Positions 23,651 through 34,000 of a stretch of DNA of 64,000 nucleotides are shown here, in pieces. Under the pieces are notes generated by a model that did not search any database, was not told the origin of the DNA, and saw nothing but the letters and a program-made list of their open reading frames with translations. This stretch comes from an uncultured delta proteobacterium. Its GTDB lineage: Bacteria > Myxococcota_A > Polyangia > Haliangiales > Haliangiaceae. Every line of letters starts with the position of its first letter. Position 1 is the stretch's first letter. The DNA is taken from contig CAVZFC010000035.1 in assembly GCA_963774445.1 (NCBI GenBank), positions 69,470 to 133,469 on the forward strand, given 5' to 3'. The translations under genes were made by a program, and so were the position numbers.

Positions 23651-23738
23651 GCGCGGCCATCGACGTGGACGACTATCTCGGCGCGCCCCAGCGCCAGCTC
23701 GACACGCTGGGCCGCTCGCGCAAGCGCGGAGCTGACCG

Positions 23739-25136
23739 GTGATCTGCGAGCGCTGCAACCGCGGGATGGAGCCGGGGCAACACCTCGGCAGCTACTGGTG
23801 CCCGCACTGCCACCACCGCACGCGTTCCGAGCCGTCACTCGCCCCGACCCTTACCGAGTCCCCATCCCCACCCCCATCCCCATCCCCATCCCTACCTCCA
23901 TCCCCATGCCCATCCCCATCCCCATCCCTACCTCCATCCCCATCCCCATCCCCATCCCCATCCCCATCCCCATCCCCACCCCCCACCGCCTTCCCGCGCT
24001 GGCCCCGTGTCGCCGCCGTCGTGCTGTCCCTCGTCGCCATCGGCACCAGCGGCGCCGCCATCAGCCGCGGCTGCGGCAGCTCGCGCCGCGGCGTCGACGT
24101 TTCGCTCCTGGTCCGCGTGCTGCCGGAGAACGCCGGCACCGTGCGCGGTCTCAGCTGGGAGTCGCTGCGCCGCACCGCGCTGGGCCGCCGCTTTGCCGAC
24201 GGCCTGCGCGAGGAAACCCTGTCCGAACTGACGGCGCGCTCGTGCGGCGTGAAGCTCGAGGAGGTCGTCCGCTGGCTGGTGCGGATGACCGAGCCGGGCC
24301 GCCTGGCCAGCGGCGTAACCGTAGCCGGGTTGAGCTGGTCGGAGGAGCGGGTGAACGGCTGTGCGCGCAAGCTGGCGCGTGATCGGGGGGCGACGCTCGA
24401 CATTCGCCGCCAGGGCCGCCTCCGCGCCTACGTGGTCGGCGACTATGCGCAATGGGCCGCCTGGCTGAACGACTCGACGGCGATGATCGCCGGGGCGTGG
24501 GGCGGGGAGGAGCAGCGTTCCACGCTCGCGTCGATCGTCGACCGCGAGCAGCCGGCCGGCGCCGATACCGCCCTGACCCAGGCGCTGCGCCGGGTCGACA
24601 CCGGCGCCAGCTTCTGGCTGGCGATCCGCCGCCCCTCGCCGCCGGACCGCGATGATCCCGACCTCGACCTGGGCGGCTCCGACGAGCTCGACCGCTGGTA
24701 CGACGAGCGGGTCTCGGGCGTGCTCGGCACCCGACCGGACGCGCTTTTCCTGTCGCTGGACATCGGCTCGCAACTGACGGTTCGCGGCGGTGCCGTCTAC
24801 GGCGGCGAAACCGCCGCACGCCGTGCCGCCGACCATTTGCGGGCGCTGCTGTCGGACCACCGGGCGCACGCGGTCGGCACTCTCGATCTCGACCGCCTCG
24901 ACCCACGGATGCGCGGCGACCTCCAGCGCCGGTTTCGCGAAAGCACCCGCCGGGCGGCTGGCATCGAGTCGCTGCTGGCCGAACGTGGCCACGTGACGGT
25001 GAGCGGCGCGGTCGTCACCTTCCGCGCGTCGATCGGCGGCGACGATCTCGACGCCCTGGTCGGCGCCGATACCCCCCGCGAGCTCCTCGACAGGTTCAAC
25101 CAGCTACTGCCCACGGACCTGTCACTGCGCCTGTGA
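23739..25136 (+). CDS. Zinc-ribbon / (SP)n-repeat / single-TM protein with large uncharacterised C-terminal domain
   Basis: GTG start. CxxC…CxxC zinc ribbon. SPSP repeat region encoded by the hexanucleotide repeat. TM helix (VAAVVLSLVAIG). Confidence 0.6.
   Translation: MICERCNRGMEPGQHLGSYWCPHCHHRTRSEPSLAPTLTESPSPPPSPSPSLPPSPCPSPSPSLPPSPSPSPSPSPSPSPPPTAFPRWPRVAAVVLSLVAIGTSGAAISRGCGSSRRGVDVSLLVRVLPENAGTVRGLSWESLRRTALGRRFADGLREETLSELTARSCGVKLEEVVRWLVRMTEPGRLASGVTVAGLSWSEERVNGCARKLARDRGATLDIRRQGRLRAYVVGDYAQWAAWLNDSTAMIAGAWGGEEQRSTLASIVDREQPAGADTALTQALRRVDTGASFWLAIRRPSPPDRDDPDLDLGGSDELDRWYDERVSGVLGTRPDALFLSLDIGSQLTVRGGAVYGGETAARRAADHLRALLSDHRAHAVGTLDLDRLDPRMRGDLQRRFRESTRRAAGIESLLAERGHVTVSGAVVTFRASIGGDDLDALVGADTPRELLDRFNQLLPTDLSLRL
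23861..23990 (+). repeat. Imperfect hexanucleotide tandem repeat (CCCCAT/CCATCC)n, about 20 units
   Basis: The direct repeat is visible in sequence. It encodes (SP)n in the coding frame and (IP)n in another frame. Confidence 0.8.
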
Positions 25137-25166
25137 GACCGGCCACCGGCGAGCTATTCTTCCGCC

Positions 25167-26204
25167 ATGGCAATCCAGGTCGACGAGCTCAACGGTACCA
25201 ACTGCAAGTCGTATCTCCTCACCGCCGGCGGCGAGGCGGTGCTGATCGATCCGGTGCGCGAGCGAATCGAAATCTACCGGCGCGAGCTGATCGAGCGCCA
25301 CGTGCGCCTGGTGGCTATCCTCGAGACCCACACGCACGCCGATCACCTCAGCATCAGCCGCGAGATCAAGGAAAGCCTGGGCGCGCCGATGATCATGCAC
25401 CGCAAGAGCCCCAGCCCACTGGTCGACCGCCACGTCGATCAGGGCGACGTGGTCGAGGTCGGTGGCGAACGGATCGAGGTCCTGGTCACCCCCGGACACA
25501 CCCCCGATTCGGTCTCGTACCGCATCGACGGCGCGGTCTTCAGCGGCGACACCCTGCTCATCGGCGGCTCGGGACGCACCGACTTTCCCGGCGGCGATCC
25601 GGGGGCCCAGTACGACGCGATCACCGGGGTCCTGTTCGGACTGCCCGACGAGACCGTGGTCTGGCCGGCCCACGACTACCGGGGCAACACCAGCAGCACG
25701 ATCGGTGCCGAGAAGGCGAGCAACCCGCGCGTCGCCGGCAAGGGCCGCGACGAGTACATCGACATCATGAACAACCTGGGGCTGCCGTTTCCCCAGCGCA
25801 TCCAGCAGGTGCTGCAAGTCAACCAGTCCGGCTTCGAGACCCACGAGGTGATCTTCCCCACCGTCGCGGACGTCGCCGACGTCGATCAGATCGAGCCCGG
25901 CCAGCTGGCAGCTAACGTCGCCGCCGCGGAGTCACCGGTGATCGTCAACGTCCGCGAGCCGGAAGAGTTCGTCGGCGAGCTCGGCCACATCGAGGGCGCG
26001 CTCCTGGTGCCGCTCGACAGCCTGCAGCGGCGGTTGCCCAAGCTGGCCGGCTACGTCAACCGGCCGCTGGTGGTCGTCTGTCGCTCGGGCGCGCGCAGCG
26101 CCAGCGCCTGCGCCATGCTGCGCCGGGCCGGCTTCGCCGCGGTCTCCAACCTGTCGGGCGGCATGCTCGCCTGGCGCGACGCGGGCTTTTCGGTCCACCG
26201 CTAG
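25167..26204 (+). CDS. Persulfide dioxygenase (ETHE1-like MBL fold) fused to C-terminal rhodanese domain
   Basis: HTHADH metal-binding motif in the MBL fold. C-terminal rhodanese domain with active-site Cys (CRSGARS). Confidence 0.85.
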   Translation: MAIQVDELNGTNCKSYLLTAGGEAVLIDPVRERIEIYRRELIERHVRLVAILETHTHADHLSISREIKESLGAPMIMHRKSPSPLVDRHVDQGDVVEVGGERIEVLVTPGHTPDSVSYRIDGAVFSGDTLLIGGSGRTDFPGGDPGAQYDAITGVLFGLPDETVVWPAHDYRGNTSSTIGAEKASNPRVAGKGRDEYIDIMNNLGLPFPQRIQQVLQVNQSGFETHEVIFPTVADVADVDQIEPGQLAANVAAAESPVIVNVREPEEFVGELGHIEGALLVPLDSLQRRLPKLAGYVNRPLVVVCRSGARSASACAMLRRAGFAAVSNLSGGMLAWRDAGFSVHR

Positions 26205-26234
26205 CGGCCGCGGAGGCGGCGCGCGTTTTCGGCG

Positions 26235-26495
26235 TCAGCGGGGCGAGAGCTCGATGGTGGGCCGCAGCTCGCTGGCGAGGAACGGCGCGCGATCGGCCGC
26301 CGGCAGCCGCTCGGCCTCTTCGAACAGCTCGGGCACCAGCGTGCCGGGTCGATCGAGCTCGATGGCGAAGCCGCCGAGCCTCGGCAGGTGCAGCAGGCGC
26401 ACGACGTGGCCGTCGGCGCTGCTGGTGCCGCCGCGATAGCTGCGCACGCTGACGCGCACCCGCTGGCCGACCCGCGCGTTGGGCTGAGCGCGCAT
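26235..26495 (-). CDS. Small hypothetical protein, possibly a degenerate PilZ-like domain
   Basis: 86-aa ORF with protein-like composition. Weak PilZ-like features (RVRVSVRSYR…LGGFAIEL). Confidence 0.3.
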   Translation of the reverse strand: MRAQPNARVGQRVRVSVRSYRGGTSSADGHVVRLLHLPRLGGFAIELDRPGTLVPELFEEAERLPAADRAPFLASELRPTIELSPR

Positions 26496-26715
26496 GCGGA
26501 TGCCGCCGCGCGAGATGTTCGACCAAGATGCCGCGCGACCAGCGCTCGGCGTGCAGGTTGATCGGAAGCTTGAGCTGGTAGCGCTGGTGATCGCGCCGCT
26601 CGTCGGTCTCAGGTTGTTGGCGACGCGCGCCGATGGTGCCTCGAATCAATGGTGCCCCCCCCTCGGATTCGCGGCGGACCGTACGCCAAAACCCCAACCT
26701 CGTGCACGAAGAAAA

Positions 26716-28032
26716 TCAGGCGCGCGCGCGTTGCGGCACGTCGGGCGGCTCGCCGAACACCGATGCGATGCGGCGTGACCAGGCCGGCAGGCGGCTGGCG
26801 TGCGTGGGATAGCGGGAGTAGAGGGCCCGCGCGGCCGCCATCTTCAGGGCGACGGCGCCCAGGCGCGCGGCCAGGCGAGGGCGTTGCGCCAGCGCCAGGG
26901 ACTTGCCCGCGATCATCGCCGGCGTCGGCCGCGGCAGCGCCTGCGCCATGCCGGCCCGCGCCAGCTCGGGATCCATCAGGCCGCTGGCCATCATCGCCTC
27001 GAGCTCGCCCGGGCCCAGTCGCTGCGAAAAGCGCCGAAACAGGTCGTAGCTGGCCATCAAGCCGCCCCACCGCCGCTGCCACCGGATCGCGTAGTCGCCG
27101 GGGCCGGCGCCGCGCGCGACCGACTCGGCCAGCATGCGGGCGGCGATCATGCCGACGCCGATGCCGGAGCCGTGGGCGGGAAAGACTTGGGCGGCGGAGT
27201 CGCCGAGCGCGGCCACGCGGCCCGCGGCGATGACGTCGAGCGGCCGCCGGATCGGGATGGCGCGGGCGCCGCCGAACAAGAGTTCGCCGATCCAGGGTTG
27301 ATCGCTCACGAAGCGATCGAGCAGCGCCTTGCCCGACGGGTGACCGTCGCCGGGAATGCTACCGGTGAGAATGCTGACCCGGTCGCCGTGGCAGCGAACG
27401 TTGACGATCGAGTAGCCGCCGGCGATGCCGGCAAAACAGGCGACCTGGCCCAGCGGTACGTCGAGGCGCTCGAAGAAGGCGCGCGCGCCAGCCGGGTCGG
27501 CGACGTGGCGAACCTCCTGGGCGGCGGCGCACAGGTGCTGCGGCGGGACGCGCGGGCCATCCAGGAGGCGGACGCCGGTCAGGCCGCTGGCGTCGACCAC
27601 GACATCGGCGCGGAGCGAGCCGCGATCGGTCGCCAGCAGGTCGCCTTCCAGGCCGCGCGTGGCGCAGCCGCCGATGAGGATCGCGCCAGCCTCGCGCGCG
27701 CGCCGCTGCAGCCGCGCGACGAGCGCGCGCATGTCGACCTCGAGCACACCGTGGTCTTCGATCACCAGGCGGCGGGGCCCCCAGCCGGCGATCAGGTGGA
27801 AGGGCCCGCCGTCGCCGAGGAGCTCCTCGCCCTCCGGCGGATCGAAGCCGGCCTCCGCGAAGCTCCACGCGGGCACGCCGTTGACCCAGCGGGCACCGGC
27901 GCCATCGAGCGGCCCGCGGTCGACACAGAGCACGCGCAACCCCTCGCGGGCGCACAGCGCGGCCGCCGCGGCGCCCGCGGTGCCGGCACCGATGACGGCG
28001 ACGTCAACCCTTTCGGGAAGCGCTGCGCTCAC
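26716..28032 (-). CDS. FAD-dependent oxidoreductase (geranylgeranyl-reductase/FixC-like family)
   Basis: VAVIGAGTAGAAAA…R FAD-binding fingerprint. Inferred GTG start overlaps the upstream stop (GTGA). Confidence 0.75.
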   Translation of the reverse strand: MSAALPERVDVAVIGAGTAGAAAAALCAREGLRVLCVDRGPLDGAGARWVNGVPAWSFAEAGFDPPEGEELLGDGGPFHLIAGWGPRRLVIEDHGVLEVDMRALVARLQRRAREAGAILIGGCATRGLEGDLLATDRGSLRADVVVDASGLTGVRLLDGPRVPPQHLCAAAQEVRHVADPAGARAFFERLDVPLGQVACFAGIAGGYSIVNVRCHGDRVSILTGSIPGDGHPSGKALLDRFVSDQPWIGELLFGGARAIPIRRPLDVIAAGRVAALGDSAAQVFPAHGSGIGVGMIAARMLAESVARGAGPGDYAIRWQRRWGGLMASYDLFRRFSQRLGPGELEAMMASGLMDPELARAGMAQALPRPTPAMIAGKSLALAQRPRLAARLGAVALKMAAARALYSRYPTHASRLPAWSRRIASVFGEPPDVPQRARA

Positions 28033-28832
28033 GCGCGGTGCTCCACGCCGCGCGGGCTGAGGGGGCGGGTGACGCGGGCGATGCGCCGGCACAGCTCGTC
28101 GGTAAAGGTCTTCATGGCGTAGGCATCGGCCGCGTCGAGGTGGCCGCCCTGGGCACAGTACACCAGCAGCAGCGGACCGAGCAGCTCGACCACCCACTCG
28201 CGCGAGCCCGATGCCGGCGAGGTGAGCAGGGCGGAGACCTCCGCCGTCAGCACCGCCGCGACCTGCTCGGCGCTGCCGGCCCAGACGCGCCAGCCGTCGA
28301 GCTGCGGCGTCGGCTGAAGCTCGCCATCGAGCCCAGGCGGGGGCGGCACGGTGATCACGCGCTCGATACCGGACGCCTCGCGGGCGACGCCGGCAAAGTC
28401 GCCCGGTGGGCCCAGCGCGCCGGCCAGGTCGTCGCCGCGGCCGCGGCGCTTGATCATCATGTGGCCGAAGCGGCGGTGCAGCTGGTAGGCGATCACCACC
28501 GTCGGGCTGTCGATGCGAAACGGCGGCCGGGTCATCATCACTGCCGTCTCGCCGCGTACCGCTCGCTGGAAGCGAAAGTCGAACATCGTCACCGGCACGC
28601 TCTCGTCGTCGAGCTGCGGTGCGCCGCCGAGCACGTGCTCTTCGTGCCCGCCGTCGCCCGCGCGCATGAGCACGGTGTCGGCAAGCTCAGCCGGCAGCGC
28701 CTGCAGGCCGCGGCGGGCGTAGCGCAATCCGGTCTCGCGCGCCAACACGTGCTTGGTGCGCGCGCGCAGCCGCTGCCGCGCCGCCAGCGCCGCAGTGCCG
28801 ATGGCGATTACCAGGATGAGCTCCCAGCCCAT
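28029..28832 (-). CDS. hypothetical membrane protein
   Basis: N-terminal TM helix (MGWELILVIAIGTAALAA). Translationally coupled to the downstream FAD oxidoreductase. Confidence 0.5.
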   Translation of the reverse strand: MGWELILVIAIGTAALAARQRLRARTKHVLARETGLRYARRGLQALPAELADTVLMRAGDGGHEEHVLGGAPQLDDESVPVTMFDFRFQRAVRGETAVMMTRPPFRIDSPTVVIAYQLHRRFGHMMIKRRGRGDDLAGALGPPGDFAGVAREASGIERVITVPPPPGLDGELQPTPQLDGWRVWAGSAEQVAAVLTAEVSALLTSPASGSREWVVELLGPLLLVYCAQGGHLDAADAYAMKTFTDELCRRIARVTRPLSPRGVEHRA

Positions 28833-29033
28833 CCGCCACGCTACCCCGCGCCGGAGGGCGAGGCAACGTGGACGTAGGAGCTAGCCTGCACAGCCCTCGT
28901 AGCCGTTCGTGCTGAGCGAAGCGAGCGAAGCGAGCGAAGTCGAAGGACGCGCCCGCTGCGTTCTTCGACTGCGGCCGCGCGATGCGCGGCCTCCGCTCAG
29001 TGCGATCGGCTTGGAAGATCTCGCAGCAGCGCA

Positions 29034-31088
29034 CTATCGGCCGGCGAGGCGCCCGCCGCGCTGGCGCATGCGCCGGGCCCACGCGGCGACATCGTCGGGA
29101 TAGCGAATCACCAGATGGCCGTCCTGCACGCGGTGCCAGTCGCACGTGCGGGTCGGCACCGTGCCCGGGCGGAACTGCTCGCGGATTCGGTGCGGGCAGT
29201 GCGGGCCGGCGCGCAGGCCCGAGAGCGGACAGACCTCGGCAGTCTCGAGCTCGGCGGGGCGCGCGGGCAGCGTCAGGCGTCCGCCGTCGGCAACGAGCAA
29301 CAGTGCGGCGCGCACCAGCGGGGCCGCGCTCTGCATCGCCACCAACCCCTGCGTCGGCTCACCGTCGAAGTTGCCGGCCCACGCGCCGACGATCACCTCG
29401 CGCGTCGCCGCGATCGCCACGGTGTCGGCGAAGCCGCGGGAGGTGCCGGTCTTGGCCGCGACCGGAAATGGCAGATCGAGGGGCAGCTCGTCGCCGAACA
29501 CCTTGTGGCGCGCCTTGCCGTCGGCCAGCATGTCCATCACCAGCCAGCTGGTGTCCGCGTCGAAGATCTGCCGCTCGGCCCGCGGCGGCGGGTGCCAGGT
29601 CGAGCCGTCGGGGGCGCGCGCCTCGAGCACGCCGCCAGCCTGCTGGACCGTGCCTCCGCGCACGAGGAAGCCGTAGCCGGCGGCCAGATCGAGGAGGCGC
29701 ACCTTGGCCGAGCCGAGCGCCAGACGCAGGCCGTAGTCATCCGGGGTGCCGCCCAGCTGGGCGACCCCGGCGCGGCGGAGCACGGTCATCATTCGGCCGA
29801 TCCCGACCTTCTCGAGCACGTGGATCGCGCCCAGGTTGTACGACCCGGCCAGCGCTTCGCGATAGCGCACCGGGCCGCGCTCGGGTTGGGTCGTGTGGGT
29901 CACGTGATACGCGCTGGGCACGTCGTTGACGTCGTAGGTGATGCTGGCCGGCGATTCGCCGCTGTCGATCGCCAGACCGTAGACGAACGGCTTGAGCGCC
30001 GAGCCGGGATGGCGCCGGCGGGTGACGATGTTGAGCTGCCCGTTCTCGCCGTCGTAGTCGCCGGAGCCGACCATCGCCAGGATCTCGCTGGTCGCCGTAT
30101 CGAGCACGACCACTCCGGCCTGATCGAGGTTGCGCTTCTGCATCGCGTCCAGGTGGTCGGCGACGCGGCGCTCGAGCGCCTGCTCCAGCGGCAGGTCCAG
30201 CGTCGTTCGCACCACGCCGCCCCGACCCGCGACCTCGGCGGGAAGCGTCGCGAGCACGTAGTCGGTGAAGTGCGGAGCGTGGCCGGGCGGCCGGTGAACG
30301 GCCGGAGTCAGAATTTGCGCCCGCGCGCGGTCAACCTCGACCGCGCTCATTCGACCGCGCTCTTCGAGTAGGCCCAGCACGTAGTCGCGACGGCGCACAG
30401 CGACGCGGAGATGACGCACCGGATCGTAGGCGCCCGGCGCGCGCGGGACAATCGCCAGGAGCGCCGCCTCGCCCGGGCTCAGGCTGCGCGCCGGCTTGTC
30501 GAAGTAGGTGCGCGCCGCCGCCTCGATGCCGTAGGCGCCGTTGCCGTAGTAGGCGCGGTTGAGATATTGCTCGAGGAGCTGCCGCTTGCTCATCGCCCGC
30601 TCCATGCGCATGGCGACGACCGCCTCGGAGATCTTGGCCGCGATCGAGCGCGGCGCATTCGCGTGCATGGTCATGCGCGCGAGCTGCATGGTGATCGTCG
30701 AGCCGCCGTATCCGGCGCGGTGCTCGCGCAGGTCGAGCCACGCGGCGCGAACGATCGCCAGGCCGTCCACGCCTCGGTGCTGGTAGAAGCCCTCGTCTTC
30801 GGAGGCGACCACGGTCATCACCACGTGCGACGGAATCTCGTCGAGCGGGACCCAGTCCTGGCGCCCGGGGCGGCCGTCGGCGGCCGGCACGCTGCGCAGC
30901 ACGGTGCCGTGGCGGTCGGTGATGATCAGCGGGCCGCCGCGCTCGGGCGCCAGCTGCGACGCGTCGTAGGGGAAGGCGTAGACCGCGAGCAGCAGCGCGC
31001 TCACGGTGGCCGCGGTCAGGCCGGCGGCGCCGATGACGCCGAGCCGCGCCGCCCGACCGACGCGGCGAAGTGCGCGGCGCCAGGTCAC
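29034..31088 (-). CDS. pbpC: Penicillin-binding protein 1C (glycosyltransferase/transpeptidase)
   Basis: GT51 motifs (EDEGFYQHRGVD, GGSTITMQL). Transpeptidase SxxK and KTGT motifs. PBP1C-specific C-terminal domain. Confidence 0.9.
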   Translation of the reverse strand: MTWRRALRRVGRAARLGVIGAAGLTAATVSALLLAVYAFPYDASQLAPERGGPLIITDRHGTVLRSVPAADGRPGRQDWVPLDEIPSHVVMTVVASEDEGFYQHRGVDGLAIVRAAWLDLREHRAGYGGSTITMQLARMTMHANAPRSIAAKISEAVVAMRMERAMSKRQLLEQYLNRAYYGNGAYGIEAAARTYFDKPARSLSPGEAALLAIVPRAPGAYDPVRHLRVAVRRRDYVLGLLEERGRMSAVEVDRARAQILTPAVHRPPGHAPHFTDYVLATLPAEVAGRGGVVRTTLDLPLEQALERRVADHLDAMQKRNLDQAGVVVLDTATSEILAMVGSGDYDGENGQLNIVTRRRHPGSALKPFVYGLAIDSGESPASITYDVNDVPSAYHVTHTTQPERGPVRYREALAGSYNLGAIHVLEKVGIGRMMTVLRRAGVAQLGGTPDDYGLRLALGSAKVRLLDLAAGYGFLVRGGTVQQAGGVLEARAPDGSTWHPPPRAERQIFDADTSWLVMDMLADGKARHKVFGDELPLDLPFPVAAKTGTSRGFADTVAIAATREVIVGAWAGNFDGEPTQGLVAMQSAAPLVRAALLLVADGGRLTLPARPAELETAEVCPLSGLRAGPHCPHRIREQFRPGTVPTRTCDWHRVQDGHLVIRYPDDVAAWARRMRQRGGRLAGR

Positions 31089-34000
31089 TTGCTCACCGTC
31101 ACCTTGCGCGCCGCGCTGCGGCCGTTGGTCGCCGGCGCGTACATCTCCTCGGCGCGCGCGGGCAGGGCCGAGAAGCTGCCGGGCAGGGTCGCCCGCACAA
31201 GGTAGGTCAGCTCGAGCCTGCCGTTCATTCGGTCGGCGAAGCCGAGCACCCGGTCGTCGTGCAACTCGGTGTGGGTCCAGCCGTAGCGGTAGCCGTAGCG
31301 GTAGCCGTAGCGATTGCTGCCGTAGCTGCGCGAGGCCTGCTGCGACGTGGCCAGCTTGGTGTTGACCGCCTCGAAGCCGGCGGGCAGGTGATCCTCGACG
31401 GCGACCCAGTTGCGCTGCTTGAGCGAGCTCACGCCGACGACCACCCGGACCAGCTGGCCGGCGTGGAACGAGGTGATCGTCGCGCCGGTGTCGGCGTCAA
31501 CGTAGACGCGATCGACGTGGATGCCGTTGTCGATGGCGACCGCGGCCGGGTCGCGCCGCGCCTCGGTCAGCTGCACCGCGTAGCGCACCGGGCCGTCGGC
31601 GCGGATGCTGACCGTCCCCGGCTTCAGCTTGTCGAGGTTGCGGCTGATCGACAGCACGGCGCCGCCTTTGAGCTCTCGGGTGATCGTGTCGCCACCGACC
31701 TTCACGGAGACCGATGCCGAGCCGTTGGCCGCGGTGCGGGCGTAGTCGGCCAGCGCGACCAGCGCGTACAGGTTGTCCTGGGTGCTGGTCCAGCGCCCGC
31801 TGCTGGAGCGCAGCTGCTTCAGCCCGTCGACCAGCTGCGGAATCGCCGGCGACGTGGGCGACGACTCGAGCAGCGCCGACAGGGCGATCGCCGTCAACCT
31901 CGCGTCCGAGCTCATGTAGTAGGCGCTCTCGGACATCGACTCGCGGACGACGGCGCCGTGGCCGGTCTGTTGCAGGGCGGCCAGCAGCTCGCCCTCGAGG
32001 GTGCGCTGCTCTGCGCTTGTCGAATGGTCGCGCGGCGCCTTGGCTCGCACCATCGCGCGCAGGAGGAACGCCTGGCCGTAGCGGGGCAGGGCGGCGCGGG
32101 TGTCGAATAGTCGGGCCTCGAGGCCGTGGTCCGGCTTGCCCGCCTCGGCCAGCACGTAGGCGGCCATCGCCACGGTGCCGGTCTCGCCGCCGGGGCCCAG
32201 GGTGCGCTGCGGCGCGTTGGCCCAGGTGCGGATGGCGGCCAGGCCGCGGTCAATGGCGCCGTCGTCAACCTTGACCCCCGCGCGCTTGGCCTCGAGCAGG
32301 CCATAGGTCGCGTAGACAGTCAGGTGCGGGTAGGTCGGCCCGCTCGGCCACAAGCTGTAGTGACCGTCGGCGTGCTGGTGGCGGACCACCTTGGCCGCGC
32401 CGGCGCGGATGTAGGCGCGCAGCTTGGGGCCCTTGAGCGACGCCATGCCCAGCGAGTCGGCCAGGTCCTTGACCTTGGTCAGCGGGATGAAGCGCGACAG
32501 CGTCTGCTCGAGGCAGCCGTACGGGTAGTGAATCAGGTAGCGCAGGCTGGGCTCGAGGTCGGCCAGGCCGGTCCGGTCAACCGTGATCGACAGCGTGCTG
32601 GCGTCGGCGACGCTGTCGCCGCGCCAGGTCGCAGGCACCGTCACCGGGGCGTTGGCCGCGATCGCGCCGCGGGCCAGTGACCGGGTCTCGGGGATGAGCC
32701 CGCGGTCGATTGGGACGTCAACGCGCAGGGCGTCGCGCTCGCCGCCCATCGACGCGGCAAAGGTGAAGCGGGCGCTGTCGACGTCGGCGGCGCTCACGTG
32801 AAAGCGCACGCGGGCGCTTCCGCCGGCGGCGACCTGGACCCGCTTGACCGTCGCGCCGCTGATGCCGGCGCCGCGGGCGCGCGCGGTCACCTTCGCGGTG
32901 CCGGCGGCGCCGGTGTAGTTGCGCACGACCACGCCGACCTCGGCCGCGTCACGGGCGGTCAGGAAACGCGGCAGCACCGGCTCGAGCAGGAGCGGCTTCT
33001 TGACCGTGATGCGCCGGTCGCCGGAGCCGAAGCGACTGCCGTCGTCGGCCGCCACTGCCATCAGGCGGAACGCGGTCAGGTTGTCGGGGGCCTCGAAGTG
33101 GAAGGCGATCGTGCCGTGGTCGTCGGTGACCAGCGCCGGCGCCCAGTAGGCCGACTGGACGAAGCGCGAGCGCACGCCCGGCTCGTCGTCGCCGCCGGAG
33201 TCGCCGCCCTCGTCCGGATCGATCACCGACGGGTCGTCGAGGCGGACGATGCGGTTCCAGTTGGTCGAGCTGTCGATGCCCATGCCCCAGCTGGCGTAGA
33301 AGCTCTTCATCGGGTCGGGCGTCTTGTAGGCGATCAGCTGCAGCACGCCCTCGTCGGCGACCGACAGCGACACCTCGGCGGCGACCGGCTTGCCGCCGGA
33401 GGTCACGGTGATCGTGCCCTTCACCTCGTCGCCCGGGCGATACTCGCCGCGCTCGGTGGCGACCTCGACCTTCAGCCGGTGGGCGTCGGGGGAGACCTTC
33501 AGGTCGACCATGCCCATCTTGAAGCGCGGGCGCTTGGCGTCGCCGGGACCGGAGCGGCCGGTGACCATCGCCACCGTGGCGAAGACGTTGGGCGCGTGGG
33601 CTCCGGTGAGCGGGATCGAGAATCCCCTCGCTGGCCCGGGCCAGGTGGACGACCTTTGCCTCGAGGATGCCGTTGCGCTCGAGGGTGACCAGCGCGGTGG
33701 CGTCGGTCAGGCCGGTGCGCGGCACCAGTCGCGCGGTCTCGCCCGGCTGGTAGGCGCGCTTGGACGCGATGAGGCTCATACGCGCCGACTCATCGCCGCT
33801 CCAGAACGCCTCGCCCTTGCCCAGGATCCAGACGTAGTCGGAGCTGGCGACCGGGTTGCCGTGGCCGTCCTTGGTGTCGACGCGGATGAAATACTCGCCC
33901 GCGTGCTCGGGCATGATCGGCTCGGTGCCGACGCCGGTCGCGGGGATGTCGATGTCGCGCTCCAGCGCCACCTTGTGCACCGCCTTGCAGGTGCGGTACG

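Noticed and set aside
23228-24382. 384-aa plus-strand ORF encoding (IP)n repeats
   Set aside because: Only its first about 50 codons look kinase-like. The rest is the out-of-frame reading of the (SP)n repeat and an R-rich tail. The (SP)n frame 23739..25136 is the coding one.
28901-28945. Short GCGAAGCGA-type tandem repeat in an intergenic region
   Set aside because: Only about 4 short units with no flanking structure. Too small to call a repeat element.
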